Of a DNA stretch of 64,000 nt, positions 56,722-64,000 are shown in pieces. The notes below the pieces were generated by a model. That model had not been told where the DNA came from, made no database searches, and saw only the letters and a program-made list of their open reading frames with translations. Where the stretch lies: IMG/VR virus record IMGVR_UViG_3300021335_000009, positions 1 to 64,000 of that record; one strand, given 5' to 3'. Each line of letters begins with the position of its first letter. The stretch's first letter is position 1. Made by a program: the position numbers and the translations under genes. The stretch comes from a virus.

Positions 56722-57363
56722 TAGTATATAATATGGCCTTGACCTCTTGCATATCTATAGTTTTGATTTTTTAGATCTTTATGTAACGTCAAGGTTCTTC
56801 TGTTCTTTCTCATCTCTGGCCCTTGATCCTCCTATCCAGTCCTTAGCGATTGTGAAGAGCCTTGGGCATTCTTAATGCTGCGCGGCAGATCCTCCAAGCC
56901 TTATGGCTTTGGATATGGCTTTTTCCTCTTTCGCCCGATAAGTAAAGAGGCTTCTTTAAAAACCGACTAACAAACCAGAAACAGAACTGGGACAGCTTTA
57001 AGTGCTTGGAAACAAATGTAACGAGGTTTTCATTGTTCGGTTCCTCAGCTTTTTTAGACTTCCTGCAAATGTCTTTTGAGCGTTGCAGTGCCCGTAGATT
57101 CGCAACCTATGGGTTTAGTAGGCCCCCTGCGCCTCTGGCTTCCAAATTGGTTGCTAATTCCTTCCCAAGTGCTGACGAGTGCGTTAGGGTTGGTGCGTAA
57201 TTCAGGGGGTGTTTTCTTTATCAAACTTCCCACGCCACTCAATGAAGCGCAATTTGGGAGGTGGTTCTTTTTACAAATAGACCCCAGAACTTGTAACAAA
57301 ATAAGACTTAATATATTATATAAATAACTGAGTATCGAGCGTTTACTTATAATATGTTATTCA

Positions 57364-57439
57364 CTAGCCTTCCTCTAATAGCGATAAGACTCCATGCTTG
57401 ATCATGGTGAATGTGGGTATGCGAATTCCACAGGCTAGC
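57364..57439 (+). ncRNA. tRNA-like element 1 (6-nt anticodon loop)
   Basis: CTAGCCT/AGGCTAG acceptor; CCATG-CTTGAT-CATGG; GTGGG-TATGCGAAT-TCCAC; no CCA. Confidence 0.55.
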
Positions 57440-57444
57440 CCTTT

Positions 57445-57516
57445 AGTTCCATAGTTTAATCGGCAAAAATCCCGTAGTCACATTCGGAGTCCCCAGTTCA
57501 AATCTGGGTGGAACTT
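57445..57516 (+). ncRNA. tRNA-like element 2 (irregular anticodon arm)
   Basis: AGTTCCA/TGGAACT; D-arm TAGTTTAATCGGCAAAA; T-arm CCCAG-TTCAAAT-CTGGG; no CCA. Confidence 0.65.
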
Positions 57517-57624
57517 ACACAATAACACCTCTCACGCCTTTGGTCTGCATTGCGGACGCTTAATGGACTGAGCTTTTCTCGGTCGGGCGCACCAGAGGGG
57601 CTACTTTTAAAATAAAATAAAAAA

Positions 57625-58035
57625 ATGAAATTTAAATCCATCACATCTGGAAAAGAAAAATATTTAAAAAATCCATTTAGATTCAAGATAAAATGGAACG
57701 GCAAATGCAGAAGCAAATTTCAGTCTGAAGTGAGAAAGTATTTGTATAATTATTGGAAATACGATAGCGTTTACGAAGAATTTCCCATAATAGGAACCAA
57801 GCTTTCTTTGGATTTTTACAATCACACAAAAAAAATAGCAATAGAAGTTCAAGGAGCTCAACATTTTAAGTTTGTAAAACACTTTCACAAAACAAAAGCT
57901 AATTTTTTAAGACAAATTCGCAGAGATGATAAAAAAATGGAATTTTGCGAATTAAACGACATCAAACTTATAGAAATTTATCCAGACGATGAATTATCTG
58001 AAGATTTTTTTATAAAAATGCTGCATTCGGTGTAA
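57625..58035 (+). CDS. PD-(D/E)xK / DUF559-like endonuclease
   Basis: LSLDFY....IAIEVQGAQH...RDDKK..FC. Confidence 0.8.
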   Translation: MKFKSITSGKEKYLKNPFRFKIKWNGKCRSKFQSEVRKYLYNYWKYDSVYEEFPIIGTKLSLDFYNHTKKIAIEVQGAQHFKFVKHFHKTKANFLRQIRRDDKKMEFCELNDIKLIEIYPDDELSEDFFIKMLHSV

Positions 58036-58045
58036 TATAACACAA

Positions 58046-58285
58046 ATGGAAAAACCTAAATTTAAACAATTTCAGCTTCCAGAAGCTATTTTAAACCAAC
58101 TGTACGAACTAACTGGAGGCGCAGATTGTTACAAAGGTTTTTTTATTGCTTATTGCGATGAAGAAGGTAGTCCAATAATATACACAAGTTGTGATTCTCA
58201 AATTACTGAATCGGGGCTACTTAAATCAATGGAAAATTTTTTAAAAAATTACAGTCAAAACAATCTTGAAATAAGCCAGCATTAA
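58046..58285 (+). CDS. Hypothetical protein
   Basis: 79 aa; GTGTAA 10 nt upstream. Confidence 0.6.
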   Translation: MEKPKFKQFQLPEAILNQLYELTGGADCYKGFFIAYCDEEGSPIIYTSCDSQITESGLLKSMENFLKNYSQNNLEISQH

Positions 58286-58326
58286 AAACTTCTTGACTAT
58301 TTTGCCTTTTGTGATAATATAAGAGG

Positions 58327-60513
58327 ATGATATATAGTCTTGAAATTGAAAAACAAGTTTTAGCAGCTTTCATACAAAAGCCCAAGCTTTTAGTAAATTT
58401 TAATCATTTGATTAGCGAGGCCGATTTTCACAATGGCTCTCTTTTACATAAGACTCTTTTTGCTGTTTTAAAAAAAGCCTGCCAACAAGAAGAGTCTATT
58501 GACGAAGTTGTATTGGTTCAAAGAGTTAAAGAGCTTGGAATAAAATTCGAAGAAGATCTGTCTCTTATTGATTATGTAAAATCATTGTCGATGAGAAAGA
58601 TTCATTCCGAAGAAAAAATCAAATCTGTTGTCCAAGAATTAAAAAAGTATAGCGTAAGGCGAGAAATATACAAAACAGCAAAAGACATAGCTGATTCGAT
58701 GAAAACTATGTCTCCAAATGAATCGTATTTAGGCATAATTGAATCTGCGGATAAAATTTACAACGATAAAGTAAATTTATTTGAAGTGGGCAACGATGTT
58801 CCAGAAAACATTTACGACTCAATGGAGGAATTCATTGAAGAAAGAGGAAATAACCCTATTGAAGAATTTGGCATGATGGGGCCACATAAAAAAGTTAATG
58901 ATATTTATGGCTCTCTTTTAAGACCAGGGAATATTACGGTATTTGTTGCTCGCTCAGGAGTCGGCAAAATGAACCCTTTATACACAAAGGTATTAACTCC
59001 TGACGGTTTTACTGAAATGAGAAATATTTCAGTAGGGTCTGAGGTTGTTTGTCCTAATGGAAAAATTTCAAAAGTTTTAAAAACATTTGACCATAAGAAT
59101 AAAGATGTCTATAGAGTGACTTTTGAAGATGGAAGATATAGTGATTGTGGATTAGAGCACTTATGGAAAGTCTCTTACAAAAACAAAAGTTTTAAGTCTA
59201 ACTGGGTAGTTTCAGATACGCAACAAATTAAAAATGTATTAAACGAAGGCCATGAAGTTTACATTCCTTTAGTTCCTGAAATCAAAAATTATGAAGAAAA
59301 ACTAAAAAAATTAAAACTCTTTATTAAAGAAAGGACGGAATCTTCTCAAGAAGATCCTAACAGTTTAAATTACCTAACAAAAACAAAAACATTAGCAGAA
59401 AAAGTTCAAAAATTTGCATGGGCTTTGGGGGCAAAAGCAAAAATTTCAAGTTTAAAAATTTCTGACGATGACATATTCAAAGTTAAAATTGAAATCCCTG
59501 ATTTTAGAAACGAAAACTCTACAAAACTTCAAATTGTAGCCGTTCAAAAACTAGAAAAAAAAGAAGACTGCCGATGCATACAAATTGACGAAAAAGAGCA
59601 TTTATACATTATTGATGAATTTATTGTTACGCATAACACTCAATTATGCATGGATTATTCCACTAAGGTTTCCGCAAAATATGATGTACCTGTATTGCAT
59701 TTTGATAATGGAGAAATGAGCAAAGATGAACTGGTAATTCGTCAATGTGCAGCTCTTTCTGGAGTTCCTCCCCACTTATTAGAAAGTGGCAAATGGAGGC
59801 AGGCTGGAGACGAAACCGTTCAAAAAGTAAGAAGCGTTTGGAAAAAAATAAAAAATTTAAAATTTTACTATTATAATGTAGGAGGAATGGAAGTAGATTC
59901 CATGATTAACACATTAAAAAGGTTTTATTATTCTAAAGTGGGCAGAGGAAACAAAATGATATTTTCTTTTGATTATATTAAGACCTCTTCAGATAGCGGA
60001 TTTGGCAATAAAAATGAATGGCAGCTTGTAGGAGAAATGGTAGACAAGTTTAAAAAAACCATCCAAAAAGAAATTTTGGAAGACGGAGCTCCAGTAATAC
60101 CAATGATTACATCTGTGCAGTCCAATAGAAGCGGAATAACAACAAACAGAAATAGCTCTAACATTATTGACGACGAATCTGTGGTTTCTCTTTCTGACAG
60201 GATCACTCAGTTTTGCTCTCACATGTTTATTTTAAGACAAAAAACTAATGACGAAATGGCAGAAGAGGGTAGTCAATTTGGGACGCACAAATTAATTAAT
60301 GTAAAATCTAGACACTTGGGTAAAGATGTTGCTGGTGCGGTAGAGCCTGTTCAAGTAGGAGACGATCTTAGAAAAAACTTCATTAATTTATCTTTTAGAA
60401 ACTTTAACATAACAGAATGTGGGGATTTAAGAGATATTGTTTATTTTAGAAATTCTTCTGAAGATTTATCTACAGATTCTGTCGATAATGTTCCTTCGTT
60501 TGATGATTTATGA
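58327..60513 (+). CDS. dnaB: DnaB-like replicative helicase with intein
   Basis: EIEKQVLA N-domain; ARSGVGK/T Walker A split by intein; GEM, FDYIK, VQSNR. Confidence 0.9.
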   Translation: MIYSLEIEKQVLAAFIQKPKLLVNFNHLISEADFHNGSLLHKTLFAVLKKACQQEESIDEVVLVQRVKELGIKFEEDLSLIDYVKSLSMRKIHSEEKIKSVVQELKKYSVRREIYKTAKDIADSMKTMSPNESYLGIIESADKIYNDKVNLFEVGNDVPENIYDSMEEFIEERGNNPIEEFGMMGPHKKVNDIYGSLLRPGNITVFVARSGVGKMNPLYTKVLTPDGFTEMRNISVGSEVVCPNGKISKVLKTFDHKNKDVYRVTFEDGRYSDCGLEHLWKVSYKNKSFKSNWVVSDTQQIKNVLNEGHEVYIPLVPEIKNYEEKLKKLKLFIKERTESSQEDPNSLNYLTKTKTLAEKVQKFAWALGAKAKISSLKISDDDIFKVKIEIPDFRNENSTKLQIVAVQKLEKKEDCRCIQIDEKEHLYIIDEFIVTHNTQLCMDYSTKVSAKYDVPVLHFDNGEMSKDELVIRQCAALSGVPPHLLESGKWRQAGDETVQKVRSVWKKIKNLKFYYYNVGGMEVDSMINTLKRFYYSKVGRGNKMIFSFDYIKTSSDSGFGNKNEWQLVGEMVDKFKKTIQKEILEDGAPVIPMITSVQSNRSGITTNRNSSNIIDDESVVSLSDRITQFCSHMFILRQKTNDEMAEEGSQFGTHKLINVKSRHLGKDVAGAVEPVQVGDDLRKNFINLSFRNFNITECGDLRDIVYFRNSSEDLSTDSVDNVPSFDDL
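58969..59637 (+). mobile_element. Class 3-type intein (223 aa) beginning with Met, with endonuclease remnant
   Basis: GK/MNPLYTKVLTPDG ... CGLEHLW ... DCRCIQID ... FIVTHN/T. Confidence 0.85.
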
Positions 60514-61556
60514 GCTCTTACAAATCCTCATTAGAAAAATTAGGGTACAGGCTTCAAGATTTTGGAGATCATTGGAGAACTCGCGCTGTTTACAGAAATG
60601 GAAAAACAGCAACGTCAGTCCTCATTTACAAAAACTCTGGAGTTTGGAGAGATTTTGGAGGGGATGAACAATCAAAGCCTTTTGAACTTTTAGTTCAAGA
60701 AACTTTAAAAACAAAAGACCCTAAAATACTAAAGCAGTATTTAATTAATGGCTCTCAAAGCAACCAGCCCAAACAAGTAATTTATGAAAGAATAGAAATG
60801 GAAAAAATTTATCCAAAAGAATATTTGCAAGAACTTTTGCCAATTACTGAGTTTTACGAAAAAAAGAAAATACAAATTTCTGTTCAAAAAGAATTTGATT
60901 GCGGGTATGCAGGCTCAGGAAAAATGTATAGGCGCATTGTTTTTCCTATTTATAATTTAGATGGGCAAATACATGGCTTTTCGGGAAGAACTGTTGCAAC
61001 TCAGAAAGACTCTTCGACAGGAATTCAGCCTCCAAAATGGAAACATATAGGCAAAAAACATAATTGGATTTATCCACATCATATTTCACGAGACCACATT
61101 AGCGAAAAAAAAGAAGTTATTTTGGTCGAAAGCATAGGGGATTGTTTAGCTTTGAATCAGTCTGGATACAAAAATGTTCTTGTTACATTTGGTTTAACTG
61201 CGTCATCAAAACTTATATCTTATTTAAATGCATTTGATTTAGATAGGATTATAATATCTACAAATGACGATTCTTCAAAAGAAGAGAATGGAGGTCAAAT
61301 TGCTGCAATAAAAACAGCAGCTAAGTTATCTCAAATTTTTGACTTAGACTTAATAAAAATTAACCCTCCAACAAGTAACGACTTTGGAGACATGCTTCAA
61401 GAAAATGAATGTTTTGAAACATGGTATCAAAGAAAAGACCGTTGGGCTTTAAGCGATCCAAAAATTCAGCTTTGGATAGTAAAAAAAATACAAACGTCGG
61501 AAAAACTAAGTAAAAGTGTCGATTGCAAAAAGTTAATAAAAATTTTAAAAAAATGA
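60510..61556 (+). CDS. dnaG: DNA primase (TOPRIM)
   Basis: RRIVFPI....G...GFSGR, PKW, ILVESIGD, STNDD, NDFGDM. Confidence 0.85.
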   Translation: MSSYKSSLEKLGYRLQDFGDHWRTRAVYRNGKTATSVLIYKNSGVWRDFGGDEQSKPFELLVQETLKTKDPKILKQYLINGSQSNQPKQVIYERIEMEKIYPKEYLQELLPITEFYEKKKIQISVQKEFDCGYAGSGKMYRRIVFPIYNLDGQIHGFSGRTVATQKDSSTGIQPPKWKHIGKKHNWIYPHHISRDHISEKKEVILVESIGDCLALNQSGYKNVLVTFGLTASSKLISYLNAFDLDRIIISTNDDSSKEENGGQIAAIKTAAKLSQIFDLDLIKINPPTSNDFGDMLQENECFETWYQRKDRWALSDPKIQLWIVKKIQTSEKLSKSVDCKKLIKILKK

Positions 61557-62545
61557 AAGTAAAATTATCTGCTAGTAGAATAAAAACAGCTCAATCTTGT
61601 AGTTGGAGGTACTATTGTTCTTATATCTTAAAACTTCCAGACAAGAGTAATGATGGAGCGAGCAGAGGATCTGTGTGTCATAATGTTTTTGAGTATTTAT
61701 CAAAATTAAAAACAAAAAATTACTACAATAAGATTGTAAAAAATCAAGACCCTTTTTGCGTTCCTGCCGTGAAAAAGATGATAACATCTATGGCCAAAGA
61801 GCTAAAAGTAGATGACGAAGAAAACATGGCTTTGATTAAAGAAATGATTCTTAATGGATTAAGTTGTGATTTTCATGGAGAAGAACTAGGCGTTCCTGAC
61901 GAAGCTCATGCAGAGTTAAATTTTGATATAGAAGCTAACGGCTATCACATTAGAGGTTTTATTGACCAGCTTTTTTTGTACAAAGATAAAAAAATAGCGT
62001 TGATAAGAGACTACAAAACTTCAAAATCAGTATTTCAAGGAAAAGAAATTTCAGATAACTTGCAAGACTACATATATTGTTTAGCTATAAAACATCTTTT
62101 TCCAGAATATGAGAACAGGCAATCAGAATTTTTGTTTTTAAAATTCGACTTAAAAAATAAAGGAAGATTAAAAATGGAATCCATTGAAGAGGATGATATG
62201 GATGGATTCGAAATACAACTATCTTCTATTCAAAACTGGTTAGAAAACTTCGACGAAAATGACGCAAAATCTAATTTTGCAGCAAAAAAGAGGTATCCTA
62301 CCGATAAGAGCTTTAGCGGCCCTTTAATGTGCGGTTTTGCCAAAACAAAGGGGCAATTAAAAATAGATGGATCTCCAATGTGGGCATGCCCAATGAGGCA
62401 TCCGTTTTCTTATGTTAAAATTTTAGATTCAAAAGGTAATTTTTTAAAATCTGTTTTTGAAGAAGATTTTTCAGAAGAAGATGTTCCAGAAAACGGAAGT
62501 TTTGAAAAACAAGAATATTTAGGATGTCCACACTTTTATAATTGA
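61553..62545 (+). CDS. PD-(D/E)xK RecB/Cas4-like exonuclease
   Basis: LSASRIK....CSW.Y, RGS.CH..FE, RGFIDQL...IRDYKTSK, Q..IY, C-terminal Cys residues. Confidence 0.85.
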   Translation: MKVKLSASRIKTAQSCSWRYYCSYILKLPDKSNDGASRGSVCHNVFEYLSKLKTKNYYNKIVKNQDPFCVPAVKKMITSMAKELKVDDEENMALIKEMILNGLSCDFHGEELGVPDEAHAELNFDIEANGYHIRGFIDQLFLYKDKKIALIRDYKTSKSVFQGKEISDNLQDYIYCLAIKHLFPEYENRQSEFLFLKFDLKNKGRLKMESIEEDDMDGFEIQLSSIQNWLENFDENDAKSNFAAKKRYPTDKSFSGPLMCGFAKTKGQLKIDGSPMWACPMRHPFSYVKILDSKGNFLKSVFEEDFSEEDVPENGSFEKQEYLGCPHFYN

Positions 62546-62576
62546 CTTTGTGTAAAACCTAAATAACATAAGAAGT

Positions 62577-63251
62577 ATGTTACCTTTGTTCAAAACACAT
62601 GCTTCGATTGGCAAAAGCATTCTTCGTATTGAAGATGTAAAACGAATATCTGACCAAAACAAACTTGATGAAGTTTATTTTGTAGAAGATACTATGGTTA
62701 GTTTTCCAGAAGCCTTTAGGGTATTTGGAGAAAAATTGAGATTTGGATATAGGTTTTTTGTTTTTAATGATGACGAATCAGAAGATTCAAAAAGCAGAAT
62801 GGTTGTCTTTGCTAGTGGGGACGATGGATGCAAAGAGTTATATGATCTTTACACAAGAAGTTTTAATGAAAAGTTAAAAACCCCTTGGGATGATTATAAA
62901 AACTTAAAATTTGTAGTTCCGTTTTATGACTCCTTTCTTCATAAAAATTTAGTTAGTTTTTCTAACTGCATGCCAAGCATACCAGATAAAATAATTTTTT
63001 TTATAGAACAAAATAACTTACCTTTTGACCAGTTTATTGAAGAAGCAGTAAAGCGCTGCGTTATGTCAAACCCCAAAAGAAAAATAATTAAATCAAAGTC
63101 AATTTATTACGAAAAGAAAAAAGATATTGAAGCTTTTCAAACTTATAAAGTGGCTTGTAATAGACAAATGGGTAGAAATTTTGATTTATCAAACCCAAAT
63201 CTTGAGGCTTTTGGGAGCGATTGTTTTTGCATAGAAGATTGGGAAAAATAA
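62577..63251 (+). CDS. Stand-alone PHP-like domain of DNA polymerase III alpha (split DnaE)
   Basis: PLFKTHASIGKSILRI, G.KELYDLYT, SIYYEKK.D..AF resemble the DnaE N-terminus; TTGACT-N16-TAACAT promoter. Confidence 0.65.
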   Translation: MLPLFKTHASIGKSILRIEDVKRISDQNKLDEVYFVEDTMVSFPEAFRVFGEKLRFGYRFFVFNDDESEDSKSRMVVFASGDDGCKELYDLYTRSFNEKLKTPWDDYKNLKFVVPFYDSFLHKNLVSFSNCMPSIPDKIIFFIEQNNLPFDQFIEEAVKRCVMSNPKRKIIKSKSIYYEKKKDIEAFQTYKVACNRQMGRNFDLSNPNLEAFGSDCFCIEDWEK

Positions 63252-63928
63252 TGGAAGACTTATTAAGATTTAAATTTAATCAAAAATATATTAATTTTGA
63301 CGCGGAAACAGAGGGTCTCAACCTCGTTTCTTCTCGCCCTTGGCAAATTAGCTGGATAGAAGCAGTGGGAAAAAAAATAACCGCCAGAAAAAATAAATTT
63401 ATTTGGTGGGATGATTTAGACATCAGCAATGCGGCTGCTATAGTAACTAGATTTGACAAAAGATATTACTTCGATGAAGGTTTGCAAAACAAAACATATC
63501 GGATTGATGAAAAAGTTTTTAAAACAGAAAGTCCTCTGTCTGTATATTCAGAAATAATAAACAAATTAAATCAAAAAGATTTTATAATTGTCGGCCAAAA
63601 TATTCTTGGCTATGACATCTATATTTTGGGGGTATTAGCAAAAAAATTAGGATTAAAAATTGACTACTCTTTTGTTAGTAGAATTTTTGACACAAAGGCC
63701 GTGGCAATGGCACTTGCAAAAGAAAATAAAACTCCTGATAAAGAAGATTTTCTATCTTGGCAAATTAAATTTTTAAACCATAGAGAAAGAAAAATAAAAA
63801 CAAATCAAAAATTTTTGCTACAAAAATACGAAATAGACTTCGAAGAATCAAAACTTCACGATGGTATTTATGATGTTGAAAAAAACTTTGAGATTTTTCA
63901 AAAACAAATTTGGGAATTAGACATTTAA
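63251..63928 (+). CDS. DEDDh 3'-5' exonuclease (DnaQ-like)
   Basis: FDAETEGLN, GQNILGYD, FDT, LHDGIYDV; start at TAATG overlap. Confidence 0.85.
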   Translation: MEDLLRFKFNQKYINFDAETEGLNLVSSRPWQISWIEAVGKKITARKNKFIWWDDLDISNAAAIVTRFDKRYYFDEGLQNKTYRIDEKVFKTESPLSVYSEIINKLNQKDFIIVGQNILGYDIYILGVLAKKLGLKIDYSFVSRIFDTKAVAMALAKENKTPDKEDFLSWQIKFLNHRERKIKTNQKFLLQKYEIDFEESKLHDGIYDVEKNFEIFQKQIWELDI

Positions 63929-63956
63929 AAAACAAATACAGAACTAAATTTAAATT

Positions 63957-64000
63957 ATGGACAAAGTAGACTCAAGATACCCTCATACTTACGCCTGCGA
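63957..64000 (+). CDS. 5' end of hypothetical protein (runs off window)
   Basis: ATG 63957, MDKVDSRYPHTYAC..., open to end. Confidence 0.4.
   Translation, partial: MDKVDSRYPHTYAC

Larger units (their letters stand above)
56735..57600 (+). ncRNA. Large structured non-coding RNA region/array with tRNA-like elements
   Basis: About 870 nt, GC-richer than flanks, no credible ORF, many helices with G-U pairs on + strand, GTGTAA motif just upstream. Confidence 0.65.

Noticed and set aside
56735-57600. RNase P RNA, tmRNA or group I/II intron identity; short ORFs 57006-57327 and 57498-57716
   Set aside because: No GAGGAAAGUCC P4 signature, no Ala-type acceptor with CCA or tag frame, and flanking genes are intact. 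The ORFs have atypical composition and no promoter or RBS context.
61553-62545. Cas4 as evidence of a CRISPR-Cas system
   Set aside because: Stand-alone RecB/Cas4-like nucleases are common in phage replication modules; no array or other cas genes here

Overview
This is a 64-kb segment of a large, AT-rich tailed dsDNA phage genome (genetic code 11; long tape measure and tube gene, no sheath gene seen). From left to right it holds three tandem hexapeptide-repeat paralogs and a six-tRNA operon, tail and accessory virion genes, and a late sigma factor. Next come the packaging and head module (terminase with three inteins, portal, protease/scaffold, capsid) and the neck and tail module with modular fibres. 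It continues with an early leftward block (ssb, second sigma, Hsp20), a probable origin, RNR, ThyX, a glycosylation cluster, RecA, an ~870-nt structured non-coding region, and replication genes (intein-containing DnaB, primase, split polymerase parts). The main finding is an unannotated 27-codon leader ORF (2512-2595, minus strand) in front of the tRNA operon. Twelve consecutive codons in it encode only the six amino acids whose tRNAs lie downstream, and it overlaps mutually exclusive antiterminator and terminator hairpins. This looks like a multi-tRNA-sensing transcription attenuator that would switch on phage tRNAs when host tRNAs fail. Other highlights are the large ncRNA/tRNA-like array, a DGR-like codon signature in an LRR fibre, a Met-initiated class 3 intein, a nuclease-like cargo in the tape measure, and three promoter classes driving near-leaderless mRNAs. 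All calls come from reading the sequence by eye; no searches were run.
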